38,128 bases of DNA from Aciduliprofundum sp. (GTDB lineage Archaea > Thermoplasmatota > Thermoplasmata > Thermoplasmatales > ARK-15), in NCBI GenBank assembly GCA_002878135.1, contig PNIT01000050.1:1-38128 (forward strand). The letters run 5' to 3'. Positions 8,789 through 19,138 of this stretch are shown here, piece by piece (position 1 is the first letter of the stretch; each line of letters opens with the position of its first letter). The notes beneath the pieces were generated by a model. The model did no database searches, was not told where the DNA came from, and saw only the letters and a program-made list of their open reading frames with translations. A program made the translations under genes and the position numbers.

Positions 8789-9502
8789 ATGCAACCGGCA
8801 CAAATGGCATATGATCGTGCAATTACTGTATTCTCCCCTGAGGGTAGGCTTTATCAGGTGGAGTATGCAAGGGAAGCAGTTAAGATGGGGTCCACCACAA
8901 TAGGTATAAAGTTCAAGGATGGTGTCGCACTAATAATAGACAAGAAGGTGAGGAGTAGGCTGATTGAACCAAGAAGCATAGAAAAGATATACATAATAGA
9001 CGAACACATAGGTGCTGCATCTTCTGGACTTATGGCTGATGCAAGAGTACTCGTGGATTATGCAAGGGTAACAGCCCAGGTGGAGAAGGTAACATATGGT
9101 GAGAAGATAGGTGTTGAACCTCTTGTTAAGAAGATTAGTGACTACGTTCAGCAGTATACACAGTATGGTGGTGTAAGACCTTTTGGAACATCACTTCTGA
9201 TAGCTGGTATAGATGATACGGATGTCTATCTATTTGAAACAGAACCCAGTGGAGCATTCACAGGTTACAAGGCCTCATGCATAGGAAGGGGTAGGGAGGC
9301 AGTAATGGCAATATTTGAAAAGGAGTATCAGGAGAATATGCAGAAGGATGATGCAATAATGCTGGCTCTCAAGGCAATGAAACAGGTGAGCGAGGATCCA
9401 AATCAGCCAATGGTTGTTGAGATAGGTCTTATAACAAGGGGTACAAACTTCAGGATTCTTCCTCAGGAAGAGACAGAGGCCTATATTAAAAAACTGGCTT
9501 AA
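8789..9502 (+). CDS. psmA: Proteasome alpha subunit
   Basis: Begins MAYDRAITVFSPEGRLYQVEYAREAVK. High overall similarity to the Thermoplasma acidophilum alpha subunit as I recall it. GAGGTGA lies 7 nt upstream of the ATG. Confidence 0.95.
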   Translation: MQPAQMAYDRAITVFSPEGRLYQVEYAREAVKMGSTTIGIKFKDGVALIIDKKVRSRLIEPRSIEKIYIIDEHIGAASSGLMADARVLVDYARVTAQVEKVTYGEKIGVEPLVKKISDYVQQYTQYGGVRPFGTSLLIAGIDDTDVYLFETEPSGAFTGYKASCIGRGREAVMAIFEKEYQENMQKDDAIMLALKAMKQVSEDPNQPMVVEIGLITRGTNFRILPQEETEAYIKKLA

Positions 9503-9512
9503 GTGATCCCAC

Positions 9513-10211
9513 ATGGTAAGGATTGAGGATTCCGTTGTTGCCAGGTATGAGGCAAAGGGTCACAGACTGGAGATACTAATAGATCCAAAGCTGATAGATC
9601 TACTAAAATCCGGTAAGCAGGTAAACATAGTTGATTATATGGTTATAGACGAGGTATTCAAGGATGCAAGGAAGGGTGACAAGGTAGGTGAAGAGGTACT
9701 CAAGGAGGTATTTGGAACAACGGATATCAATGAGGTGGCAAGGCAGATAGTCTTAAAGGGTCAGGTACAGCTCACCACAGATCAGAGAAGGAAAATGCTG
9801 GAGGAAAAGAAGAGGCAGATCGTTAACGAGATTGCAAAGAATGCCATAAATCCACAGACAAATGCACCACACCCTCCTCAGAGGATTGAAAAGGCGATAG
9901 AGGAGGCAAAGGTACACATAGATCCAATGAAGAGCGTTGAAGAACAGATACCCATTGTATTGAAGGCTATTAAGGCAATAATCCCCATAAGGATAGAGAA
10001 GATTAAAATGGAGATAAAGGTGGGTGCAGACGGTTACGGTAAAATATATCAGGACCTCGTTAGGATGGGAACACTTGTGAAGGAGGAATGGGGAAATGAT
10101 GGCTCCTGGAAGGCCATCGTTGAAATACCTGCAGGTATGCAGGCGGAATTTCTAGACATGCTGAATAAAAAAACGCACGGAAATATTGAAACAAAGATTG
10201 TGAAAGGGTGA
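9513..10211 (+). CDS. SBDS/Sdo1-family ribosome maturation protein
   Basis: 232 aa. Begins [18 protein letters not shown]. Occupies the conserved position between psmA and rrp4 in the archaeal exosome superoperon. Confidence 0.88.
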   Translation: MVRIEDSVVARYEAKGHRLEILIDPKLIDLLKSGKQVNIVDYMVIDEVFKDARKGDKVGEEVLKEVFGTTDINEVARQIVLKGQVQLTTDQRRKMLEEKKRQIVNEIAKNAINPQTNAPHPPQRIEKAIEEAKVHIDPMKSVEEQIPIVLKAIKAIIPIRIEKIKMEIKVGADGYGKIYQDLVRMGTLVKEEWGNDGSWKAIVEIPAGMQAEFLDMLNKKTHGNIETKIVKG

Positions 10212-10218
10212 AAATTTT

Positions 10219-10890
10219 ATGGATAAGATTAGGGAGATAGTTCTACCAGGTGATGAGATAGATCTAATGGGTAATAAACCCGGAAATGGTATATATATTG
10301 ATAATGGAAAGGCTTATGTTGAATATCTTGGCATAAAGACAATCAAGTCAGGATATGTTAATATAATTCCCCTTTCCGGTAGGTATCAGCCACAGAAGGG
10401 AGATAAGGTGATAGGCAAGGTGGTTGACATAATGCCATCCAACTGGGCCGTGGATATAAATGCCCCTTACCTGGCGCCTCTGCACGTTAATGATACCCCT
10501 TGGAAGGTGGACTTCGGTGATACAGGCAAATACCTTAATGTTGGGGATACAATAATAGCGAAGATAATGAGTGTAAATGAGGTAAAACAGGTATGGCTGA
10601 CAATGAAGGAGCCAGGTCTCAGGAAGCTTGAAGGTGGACATATCATAACTGTTTCACCTACTAAGGTACCGAGGATTATAGGGAAAGACGGATCAATGAT
10701 CAAGATGCTAAAGGAGATGACGGACTCCAGGATCTATGTTGGCCAGAATGGTGTTATATGGATAGATGGATCAATAGATGCAATATTGAAGGTTGTAGGT
10801 GCCATAAGGATAATAGAAAAGGAGGCACACATAATAGGTCTTACGGATAGGGTAAAGGATTACCTTTCAAAAAATAAAAAGGGAGATTGA
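10219..10890 (+). CDS. rrp4: Exosome complex RNA-binding protein Rrp4 (S1 plus KH)
   Basis: 223 aa. Contains an S1-like segment ([23 protein letters not shown]) and a KH segment ([17 protein letters not shown]). Operon position fits. Confidence 0.9.
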   Translation: MDKIREIVLPGDEIDLMGNKPGNGIYIDNGKAYVEYLGIKTIKSGYVNIIPLSGRYQPQKGDKVIGKVVDIMPSNWAVDINAPYLAPLHVNDTPWKVDFGDTGKYLNVGDTIIAKIMSVNEVKQVWLTMKEPGLRKLEGGHIITVSPTKVPRIIGKDGSMIKMLKEMTDSRIYVGQNGVIWIDGSIDAILKVVGAIRIIEKEAHIIGLTDRVKDYLSKNKKGD

Positions 10891-11642
10891 TTAAAATGGG
10901 TGGAATGGCAACAGATATAAAATTGATTGATGAGAATGGAAAAAGGATTGATGGCAGATCCTTCGATGAACTCAGGCCAATTAAGATTGAGGCAGGTATA
11001 CTTGAGAGGGCGGACGGATCTGCATACATAGAATGGGGGAATAACAAGATAATAGCGGCAGTTTATGGCCCCAGGGAGGTATATCCAAAGCATATGCAGG
11101 ATCCAAGCAAGGCCATACTCAGGGCAAGGTATAATATGGCTGCCTTTTCTGTGGATGAAAGGAAAAAGCCAGGACCAGACAGGAGGTCCATAGAGCTTTC
11201 CCTTGTGATATCCAATGCACTCAGCTCAGTGGTATTGCTTGAGCAGTTCCCCAGGACCGCCATAGATGTATTCATTGAGGTTCTTCAGGCCGACGCAGGC
11301 ACAAGGATTGCAGGGCTAACTGCAGCATCTGTGGCACTGGCAGATGCGGGCATACCGATGAAGGATCTTATAGTTGGATGTGCTGCAGGAAAGGTGGATG
11401 ATATAGTTGTACTTGACCTGAACAAGGAGGAGGATAACTATGGCCAGGCCGATCTTCCTGTGGCAATAATACCCAGGACAAAGGAGCTCGTACTATTCCA
11501 GATGGATGGTGACATGACGTTTGAGGAGATTGAGAGGGGTTTAAAGATGGCCATTGATGCCTCCATGAAGGTGTATGAACTACAGAAGGAGGCTCTGAAG
11601 AGAAAATACATAAATCTTGCTCAGGAGGATGAACAGCAATGA
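10887..11642 (+). CDS. rrp41: Exosome complex exonuclease Rrp41 (RNase PH domain)
   Basis: 251 aa. Contains [43 protein letters not shown] and DAGTR. ATGA overlap with rrp4. Confidence 0.92.
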   Translation: MIKMGGMATDIKLIDENGKRIDGRSFDELRPIKIEAGILERADGSAYIEWGNNKIIAAVYGPREVYPKHMQDPSKAILRARYNMAAFSVDERKKPGPDRRSIELSLVISNALSSVVLLEQFPRTAIDVFIEVLQADAGTRIAGLTAASVALADAGIPMKDLIVGCAAGKVDDIVVLDLNKEEDNYGQADLPVAIIPRTKELVLFQMDGDMTFEEIERGLKMAIDASMKVYELQKEALKRKYINLAQEDEQQ

Positions 11643-12439
11643 GTAAATTTACAGATAATGTAATCTCAGAGATAAAGAGGGATTACATACAGAAGCTCCT
11701 TTCTCAGGGATCCAGGATAGATGGAAGGGGTCAGTATGAATTCAGGAAGATTGAGATCATAAAGAACTTTATACCGAGGGCAGATGGTTCTGCCCTTGTG
11801 AGGCTTGGAAATACCCAGGTACTTGTGGGTGTAAAGATTGAGACAGGGGAACCATTCCCGGATACACCAAACACAGGTGTTCTGAGTACAAACGCTGAGC
11901 TTGTTCCACTTGCATCACCTACATTCGAGGCCGGTCCACCTGGTGAGGAGGCAATAGAACTTGCAAGGGTAGTTGATCGTGGAATAAGGGAGAGTAAGGC
12001 AATAGACCTTGAGAAGCTGGTGATAAAGGAGGGCGAATTGGTCTGGATAGTATTCGTTGATATTCATGTTCTTGATTACGATGGAAATCTGTTCGATGCA
12101 TCAGCCCTAGGATCCATAGTTGCACTTAAGAACTCCATAGTGCCCGCACAGAGATTCGGTCAGGGTGAGAATTTTCCTTTACCCGTTAGGCATTATCCAG
12201 CAACAACCACCTTCGTTAAAATAGGGGATAGGATAGTACTTGACCCGAACCTGGATGAGGAGAACATTGCACATTCCAGGATTACCATAACTACAAATGA
12301 GGAGGGAAAAATAAATGCAATACAGAAGGGACTTGAAGGTACATTCACAAGGGAGGAGGTACTTGAAACCATAAAGATGTCCATAGAATCCGGGAAATAT
12401 TTAAGAAATACATTCATATTAGGGGATGATCAGAAATGA
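11639..12439 (+). CDS. rrp42: Exosome complex component Rrp42 (RNase PH-like)
   Basis: 266 aa. Contains [41 protein letters not shown]. 4-nt overlaps on both sides. Confidence 0.92.
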   Translation: MSKFTDNVISEIKRDYIQKLLSQGSRIDGRGQYEFRKIEIIKNFIPRADGSALVRLGNTQVLVGVKIETGEPFPDTPNTGVLSTNAELVPLASPTFEAGPPGEEAIELARVVDRGIRESKAIDLEKLVIKEGELVWIVFVDIHVLDYDGNLFDASALGSIVALKNSIVPAQRFGQGENFPLPVRHYPATTTFVKIGDRIVLDPNLDEENIAHSRITITTNEEGKINAIQKGLEGTFTREEVLETIKMSIESGKYLRNTFILGDDQK

Positions 12440-12696
12440 GCAAAAGAACAAAGAAACTCGGGATAGCTGCACGTTTCGGCCCAAGGTATGGTGTAGCTCC
12501 AAAGAAACAGTGGAAGGAGATCATGGAACAGAGGATTGATTCATACATATGCCCAAGATGCGGGCATAAAACCTTGAAAAGGGTAGGTACAGGGATATGG
12601 AGCTGCAGGAGATGCGGTTATACTATGGCAGGAGGAGCATATGTACCATTCGTAAGGAAGGAGATTGTAAGGGAGGGTGAAAATGTCCAGGTTTAG
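12436..12696 (+). CDS. rpl37ae: 50S ribosomal protein L37Ae (eL43)
   Basis: 86 aa. Contains GIAARFGPRYG and the zinc ribbon CPRCGHKTLKR...WSCRRCG. Confidence 0.92.
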   Translation: MSKRTKKLGIAARFGPRYGVAPKKQWKEIMEQRIDSYICPRCGHKTLKRVGTGIWSCRRCGYTMAGGAYVPFVRKEIVREGENVQV

Positions 12697-12820
12697 ATGC
12701 GCCGTATGCGGAAAGATATACGAGGGTGAGATTAATACACCAAACCTTTCCTGCGAATGCGGATCCACCATATTTTACAAGGAAAGACCCAATGTTAAGA
12801 GGGTATTCACCTCAGATTAA
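12683..12820 (+). CDS. rpoP: DNA-directed RNA polymerase subunit P (Rpo12)
   Basis: Not in the ORF track because it is below 60 aa. ATG at 12683 to TAA at 12818-12820 gives 45 aa: MSRFRCAVCGKIYEGEINTPNLSCECGSTIFYKERPNVKRVFTSD. It has a C-x2-C...C-x-C zinc ribbon and the YKER tail typical of RpoP. Overlaps the rpl37ae end by 14 nt, its conserved position. Confidence 0.8.
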   Translation: MSRFRCAVCGKIYEGEINTPNLSCECGSTIFYKERPNVKRVFTSD

Positions 12821-12825
12821 GAAAA

Positions 12826-12855
12826 CTTTTTATTAAGATTGCCTTAATCTTTTTA
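12826..12855 (+). terminator. Putative terminator of the exosome/rpl37ae/rpoP operon
   Basis: Two T5 runs (12827-12831 and 12850-12854) bracket a 6-bp hairpin AAGATT-gcctt-AATCTT (12835-12851) just after the rpoP stop. Archaeal termination uses oligo-T. Confidence 0.4.
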
Positions 12856-12907
12856 GACCTGACAACAGTTTGCAGGAATTGTACCATAAATTACAAATAT
12901 AGAAAGG

Positions 12908-15900
12908 ATGGTGAAAATAAATATGGGCTTTAGGCCGGGATTGACTCAGGAAACAAAAAGGGACATTGTAGTATTAATCATAATGATATCCATAGTTCTT
13001 CTTGGTTTATTCCTAAGGACATACTATGCGATCGGCCCATCAGTAGAAAATAATTTTGCTGTTTCTGGTGGTGCCGACACATTTTACCATGAGAGGGTAA
13101 TTGATTACATAGTTGCCACGGGACACCAGCTACTCTGGGATCCTATGCTGAATTATCCAGTGGGCTTCCCGGACCCAAGGCCACCATTCTTTGAGTGGGC
13201 CGTTATTGGGATGGCCTACCTCTATCTTCCTTTCGTGGGAAGCATGCATAATGCCTTGGGTTATTCACTTGTTATGATAACCGCAGTTTTCGGCGCTTTA
13301 ATAGCCATACCCATGTATCTCCTTGGCAAAGAGGCATTCAACAGAAGGGTGGGTATAATATCCGCATTCCTTATAGCCACAAGCGCCTCAAATATGATGA
13401 GGAGTGTGGCCTCCTGGGGAGGCTATGATGACGTAATATTATTCTTTGCAATATGGGTTTTCTATTTCTTCCTCAAGGCATTAAAGAGTGTAAAAAAATC
13501 CGTATGGATAGAGAATTATTTTAGTTTGAAGGGTTGGTCAAACGGAACAAAGAAATTTTTCCTGGAAAATAAGATATCCACAGTCTATGCAGCCCTTGCG
13601 GGTATAAGCTTCGGCACAATAGGTGCAATGTGGCAGGGTTTTGTGTATGTAGAGGTGATAATATTAATTTATCTCGTAATACAGATATTCTATAACAGGT
13701 TCAGGAATCAAAGCTCATTCCACATATTCTGGATCACATTAATATTCATATTATTCTCATTCCCAGTAGCATTTCCCTTCTATCTACTTGACAACACAAT
13801 TACGCCCTGGTTTAATACTCCTCTCTATCTGGCCCTGTTCGTTGTATTCCTCATAATATTCATAGAGATGACATCTAGATGGCCCTGGGTACTTATATAT
13901 TCAATCACTGCAGCAGTCATAGGAGCATTGGTTGTACTAGGCCAGATTTTCTTCCCCTCCATAATGAGGTACATATATACAGGTGAGGGTTATTTCGTTA
14001 AGAGTGCCCTTTATTCAACCATAGCGGAGGCTCAGGCACCAACACTTGGCCAGATAATAATGAACGTTGGTGTGGGTGTATTCTTCGTCTTCGTTGCTGG
14101 CCTTATATTCATGCTATATGAAATAAGGAAGAACAGAAATGAGTACTATCTCTTCTTTGTAATCTTCTCCATAGTTTCAGTCTATATGGCCTTTTCAGCA
14201 GCCAGGTTCATATTCAACGCATCACCTGGTTTCGTTATACCCGCAGCCTATATGCTTGACATTATAATAGAAAAAATTAATATCAAGGAGATAGGAAATC
14301 TAATAAGATCCATATCCTGGAAGAATGCCTTCAAGAAGAGGGGTCCATGGGTTAGGATTGCTGCAATCGCTGTTGTTGCATTTCTTATAGTTTTTCCAAA
14401 CATGTGGGGTGCTGTGGACGCTGCAATACCATATAATAATAAAACAACTTATGACAGGCAGATCTACAATGTGATGCCATCATACTTCAGACCCCAGAAC
14501 TATACACCCCCCTGGTATCTAGGTGCATACGGTATACAGCTTGATACAAACACCACCGACCCCTGGCAGGGTGCATTTGCATGGCTTGCAAAACAGGATT
14601 CAAATCAGGCACCGGAGTACAGGCCAGGATTCCTCAGCTGGTGGGACTATGGATTTCAGGATGTACAGCAGGGTTTACATCCAGCTGTTGCAGACAACTT
14701 CCAGAATGGATACCAGGTGGCGGGTCAATTTATTACTGCACAGAATGAAAGCGAGGGAATTGCACTGCTAATATCAAGGATACTGGATGCATCCATAAAC
14801 AACGCCACATATGGTAATGAGGTAAAAAATATCCTCATACAGTATCTTGGAGAGCAGGAGGAACAGAAGATAGTTGATTACTACACGAACCTCTCCAAGA
14901 ATCCCTCAGCGTACATAAATCAAATACTCAAAAACCCAGACTATTATGGGCTCTATTCAAAGAATATTACTCCACAGAACGCAAAATATGTTATGATCAA
15001 GGCTGATCTTGCAAACAAATATAGTGAGAACACACTTGTTAACCTTTACCTCATGCTTGAAAGGGTAACAGGTTATTCCATTGATTATTTTGCAACGGAT
15101 TACAGGCTATTCCCATTCTCCGGCATGAACACGGGTATATTCTATGCACCTGCCTACCTGGCGGACAGGAGAGCTTACATAGTGAGTGGCCAGATAATAC
15201 CATATGATTTCTATAACATTACAGCAGTAGGTTCAAATGGTCTCACATATCCACTCAATAAAATACCTGCAAATGTACAGATCGTAAGCTATAATATCAC
15301 ATACAATCCAATGTTCTTCAATACAATGCTTTACAGGGCATTTGTAGGTTATTCTGGCCTCAACATTGGTATGGGACCATACATACCCGGGATCTCATCC
15401 CAGATGAGCTACTATCCTGTAATGTTCGCATGGAACCTTACACATTTTGAGGTTGTTTATTCAATTTCATTCTGGAACCCCTACAAGGATTACCAGAACC
15501 ATACAAATGCCTGGAAACCAGTTCCACTCCAGGAGGCCTATTATCTCCAAAAAAAGAATAATGGTACGGTTGTACTTATACCTCCTGCAAGGCAGATCCT
15601 GCCTCAGGACGTGGTTATATTGAAATTTTATCCTGGGGCAATAGTTGAAGGAAGGGTAACATTACCTGATGGTCAGCCACTTTCAAATGTTCTTGTGACA
15701 CTCTATGATCAGTATGGAATACCCCATACATACACCAGAACAAACTCATCAGGATATTATAAACTATATGCTGTGGCAGGTAACGATACGATACAGATCT
15801 CCACCGGTGGAAATTTCAATGAACTTTTCCTGAATGAAAAAACAATACTTTCATCTGAGAATATATATGTATCAGATGCACAGGCATCAAGGATCGTAAC

Positions 15901-18900
15901 AGGCATAAACCCAGACGGACTACCAAATTATTACATAGAAAAAAATTTTGTAATAAATTCCTCATCCCTTGATGGCATTGTATATTTTGAGAATTCTGGC
16001 AATAGAACATTGTTGAATTCTGGCACAATATACCTTGTTAACAGTACGTATGGTCTGAATTACTCTGCTGCAATTCAAAGTAACGGTTATTACTCATTCA
16101 ATAACATAGCACCGCAAGAGTACAATGTATATCTTTACTCAAATGGCACTTTTACATATCTAAGGAGCATAACGATCAACCAGAATCAGAACCTAACTCA
16201 GGATCTCCAGCTTTATGGAGATGTCATAAAGGGTATAGTTATTTACAACAATGGTACGCCAGCAATAGGTATGTCCGTATTCATAAATGGGCCTATGAGT
16301 TATATTTTAAAGACAGATAAAAATGGATCCTATTTTGCATACGTAATTCCTGGTAAATATTCAATCAGTGTTGAAAAGACCGGATATTATACGCCCATAA
16401 AGTACGTGACATTCTCCTCCTGGAATTCAACATCAACAAACAACATTGAACTACTTCCTTCCTATTCAACACTTGTTAATGTTTACCTGGATGGTAAGCC
16501 TGTTGAGGGTGCCTTGGTAAGGTTTATGGATGAATTCACATTCTCAAATACACAGATAGGAATAACAGATAAAAATGGACAATATAAATTCAACCTGCCC
16601 GAGGATTATTATTCAGTATATGTGGACTATTTCTACGATAACAAGCACTATGTTTACATAGGAAATTATACGCCATATTACAACAGCACCTTTAATATAT
16701 CACTTAGCCAGGGCGTTATTTTTTCAGGGTACGTTTATTATGGAAATGTACCCCTGGCAGGGGCAGGTGTTATGCTCTTCCAGGGTAAGAACTTCCTCAG
16801 GGTTTACACAAATGGTAGTGGATACTTCAGTGCCTATGTACCAAGGGGATCCTATTCCGTTGGTGTTGTGGGATACAATGCAACCACCTCACAGCCATAC
16901 GCCTACTATACCTCAATAGTAATAACTGGTACCTTTAATATGAACATATACCTACAGAATACAAACAAGCTTAGTGGTCAGGTGATCTGGAATGGTACCA
17001 TTCTTAAAAATGCTGTTGTTTTCCTAAAATCTGGAGACACATACTATTATGAGACAAACATAGCCTCAGACGGGAGTTTCCATTTTTATACAACTGGTGG
17101 CACCTATTCCCTTGATGCATTTGCTTATAGTTTCAAATTTAATGGATATACAATTAAAAATAATAATGCAACAATATATATGAATGAGAAAGAATGCAGG
17201 GTAACTGGAAAGGTGGTATATCCCCGGGAATATAATGGGGAAATTTACCTTATCTTCTCCTCTAGCGCAGGTAACTTCATGGTGAGGGTAGTGAATGGAA
17301 GCTACAGTGCATTATTGCCATTCGGTTACTATAATGTGAGCGTTTCAGCATCAAACGTTCAGGTAACCCTATCACCTTCAAGCTTTGCCATTAATGCAGG
17401 ACAGTTAAGATTGAATATGGATTTCAAGGTAAATATGAATGCAAAGGTTACATTGATTCCTGGATCTGGATATATATACTGGTTTGATAAAAATGGAAAC
17501 CTGGTGAATTCAGGAAACAATGTGTCACTGCCGCTAGGTATCTATACATATTACGAATTCAATGGAAACCTTTCATCTATAGGGTCCATCAATTTGACTC
17601 AGAATACTGTACAGAATGTACCTTTGGTACAGGGCTATTATGTAAAGATTGAAATTATGAACAGCACACAGACATTTAATCTACTGATTAATTATGGCGG
17701 TTTGAAGATTATAAAGCCGGTGAAGCTTGGAACTACATTGCTCCTCCCGCCTGGATTTTATAAATTCAGCATTTCACTTGTCTCCGGTAATACAATATAT
17801 TTAGCGAATGAGGATTCTTACATTGATTCAGATTCAACTGTTTACCTTAATGTAACTGAAAAACCATACATGGCCACACTCAAGGGTTTTGTTTCATACG
17901 GTAAAACATATCTAAGTTTCTCTACGCTCTATCTATACGGGAATGGATTTTCAATTACAATACCCTCCAATTCAGATGGGTATTACTCCTCCGCTATACC
18001 ACTTGGAAAATATACAGTTTATTCATATTATGGTAATTTCTTATCATTCCTTGGGAACATATCCGTATCAAACAACTCCACATACTGGTACAATGTTTCA
18101 ATGGAAAAGGGATTTTCCCTGAATTTCCTTTTCCTTTGCGCCAATTCAACCTACAATTCAAGATTAAACTTGATTTCATCCTTTGGAAATATAACATTTG
18201 ATGTTAACGATGGATTGCTCCATGCGGTCCTACCATCAGGGAGGTATACATTGAGTGCCTCATATGAGAATATTGAATATGGTCAAAAGGTAAAGTACAA
18301 TTTAAATTACACAATAAACGTGAATGAAAGCAGAGATTATACCATTTATTTCAGCAGGTTAAACCTCGATGACATAAAGATATCAACACTTACACCTGTA
18401 CTCAACGGTAGTGTGGGAAGTAAGCTCCATTACACCATATCAATAACAAATACAGGTAACAGACCTGAGAATATCACCCTGGAGGCGCTTGGTGCATGGA
18501 ATATTACATTCAAGAATAAGAATATATATGTAATCCCGGGCCAGACCGTTCTGGATACCATAACACTTGTTGTTTCTGATAAGGCTAACTATGGTATGAA
18601 CACAATTACCATAAGGGGTGTTTACCAGGGTTCACTTTACAGGGAGACTACCATATACGTTAATGTGTCAGAATACCATAACACAACATTTTCATGGGGG
18701 GTAATGTATGCCTCTGGGAATTCACTTTACATTAATTTGACCATCCTTAATAATGGTAATGTTGTTGAGAATTATACACTCTCGGTTATTAATTCACTTG
18801 AACTAAAATCAATAGGCTGGTCCTCTTCAGTACCCAATTATGAGAGAATAGACCCATGGTCATCAAAAACAATAACCATTGTACTCACGGCGAATAAAGA

Positions 18901-19138
18901 AAGACCGGCACCAGTATTCCAGATCATCGTATCCGCAACATCCTCCAATAATGAATATCTAGCAGAGAAATCAATAGGTATAGGAAATATAAATGCAGTT
19001 TCCACAGTTATTTCAACAACAAATGTTACTTACAAGATACCATCCTATAATACATTCTTCCTTGAATTCACCATTGTATCATCAATAATAATATTTGCTC
19101 TCCTGTTCTACATAATTTGGAGGAGGCTGAAGAAATGA
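12908..19138 (+). CDS. aglB: Giant oligosaccharyltransferase AglB/STT3 fused to about 10-11 beta-sandwich repeats, CARDB-like domains and a C-terminal membrane anchor
   Basis: Single 2076-aa ORF with about 13 N-terminal hydrophobic segments. Catalytic-core motifs present: GGADTFYHER (13070-13096), GYDD, TIAE (the TIXE motif, 14018-14029) and WWDYG (14639-14653). About 80-aa CarboxypepD_reg-like repeats run from about 15620 to 18352. CARDB/NEW3-like modules span about 18365-18937. A terminal TM helix plus WRRLKK lies at about 19055-19135. Confidence 0.85.
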   Translation: MVKINMGFRPGLTQETKRDIVVLIIMISIVLLGLFLRTYYAIGPSVENNFAVSGGADTFYHERVIDYIVATGHQLLWDPMLNYPVGFPDPRPPFFEWAVIGMAYLYLPFVGSMHNALGYSLVMITAVFGALIAIPMYLLGKEAFNRRVGIISAFLIATSASNMMRSVASWGGYDDVILFFAIWVFYFFLKALKSVKKSVWIENYFSLKGWSNGTKKFFLENKISTVYAALAGISFGTIGAMWQGFVYVEVIILIYLVIQIFYNRFRNQSSFHIFWITLIFILFSFPVAFPFYLLDNTITPWFNTPLYLALFVVFLIIFIEMTSRWPWVLIYSITAAVIGALVVLGQIFFPSIMRYIYTGEGYFVKSALYSTIAEAQAPTLGQIIMNVGVGVFFVFVAGLIFMLYEIRKNRNEYYLFFVIFSIVSVYMAFSAARFIFNASPGFVIPAAYMLDIIIEKINIKEIGNLIRSISWKNAFKKRGPWVRIAAIAVVAFLIVFPNMWGAVDAAIPYNNKTTYDRQIYNVMPSYFRPQNYTPPWYLGAYGIQLDTNTTDPWQGAFAWLAKQDSNQAPEYRPGFLSWWDYGFQDVQQGLHPAVADNFQNGYQVAGQFITAQNESEGIALLISRILDASINNATYGNEVKNILIQYLGEQEEQKIVDYYTNLSKNPSAYINQILKNPDYYGLYSKNITPQNAKYVMIKADLANKYSENTLVNLYLMLERVTGYSIDYFATDYRLFPFSGMNTGIFYAPAYLADRRAYIVSGQIIPYDFYNITAVGSNGLTYPLNKIPANVQIVSYNITYNPMFFNTMLYRAFVGYSGLNIGMGPYIPGISSQMSYYPVMFAWNLTHFEVVYSISFWNPYKDYQNHTNAWKPVPLQEAYYLQKKNNGTVVLIPPARQILPQDVVILKFYPGAIVEGRVTLPDGQPLSNVLVTLYDQYGIPHTYTRTNSSGYYKLYAVAGNDTIQISTGGNFNELFLNEKTILSSENIYVSDAQASRIVTGINPDGLPNYYIEKNFVINSSSLDGIVYFENSGNRTLLNSGTIYLVNSTYGLNYSAAIQSNGYYSFNNIAPQEYNVYLYSNGTFTYLRSITINQNQNLTQDLQLYGDVIKGIVIYNNGTPAIGMSVFINGPMSYILKTDKNGSYFAYVIPGKYSISVEKTGYYTPIKYVTFSSWNSTSTNNIELLPSYSTLVNVYLDGKPVEGALVRFMDEFTFSNTQIGITDKNGQYKFNLPEDYYSVYVDYFYDNKHYVYIGNYTPYYNSTFNISLSQGVIFSGYVYYGNVPLAGAGVMLFQGKNFLRVYTNGSGYFSAYVPRGSYSVGVVGYNATTSQPYAYYTSIVITGTFNMNIYLQNTNKLSGQVIWNGTILKNAVVFLKSGDTYYYETNIASDGSFHFYTTGGTYSLDAFAYSFKFNGYTIKNNNATIYMNEKECRVTGKVVYPREYNGEIYLIFSSSAGNFMVRVVNGSYSALLPFGYYNVSVSASNVQVTLSPSSFAINAGQLRLNMDFKVNMNAKVTLIPGSGYIYWFDKNGNLVNSGNNVSLPLGIYTYYEFNGNLSSIGSINLTQNTVQNVPLVQGYYVKIEIMNSTQTFNLLINYGGLKIIKPVKLGTTLLLPPGFYKFSISLVSGNTIYLANEDSYIDSDSTVYLNVTEKPYMATLKGFVSYGKTYLSFSTLYLYGNGFSITIPSNSDGYYSSAIPLGKYTVYSYYGNFLSFLGNISVSNNSTYWYNVSMEKGFSLNFLFLCANSTYNSRLNLISSFGNITFDVNDGLLHAVLPSGRYTLSASYENIEYGQKVKYNLNYTINVNESRDYTIYFSRLNLDDIKISTLTPVLNGSVGSKLHYTISITNTGNRPENITLEALGAWNITFKNKNIYVIPGQTVLDTITLVVSDKANYGMNTITIRGVYQGSLYRETTIYVNVSEYHNTTFSWGVMYASGNSLYINLTILNNGNVVENYTLSVINSLELKSIGWSSSVPNYERIDPWSSKTITIVLTANKERPAPVFQIIVSATSSNNEYLAEKSIGIGNINAVSTVISTTNVTYKIPSYNTFFLEFTIVSSIIIFALLFYIIWRRLKK

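Noticed and set aside
14523-14771. 82-aa alternative-frame ORF inside aglB, plus similar short intragenic ORFs at 15816-16028, 17994-18197, 29614-29799, 30104-30313 and 30762-30971
   Set aside because: They lie inside long ORFs with strong domain evidence. Their composition is biased and no ribosome-binding context is visible. I treat them as chance ORFs.
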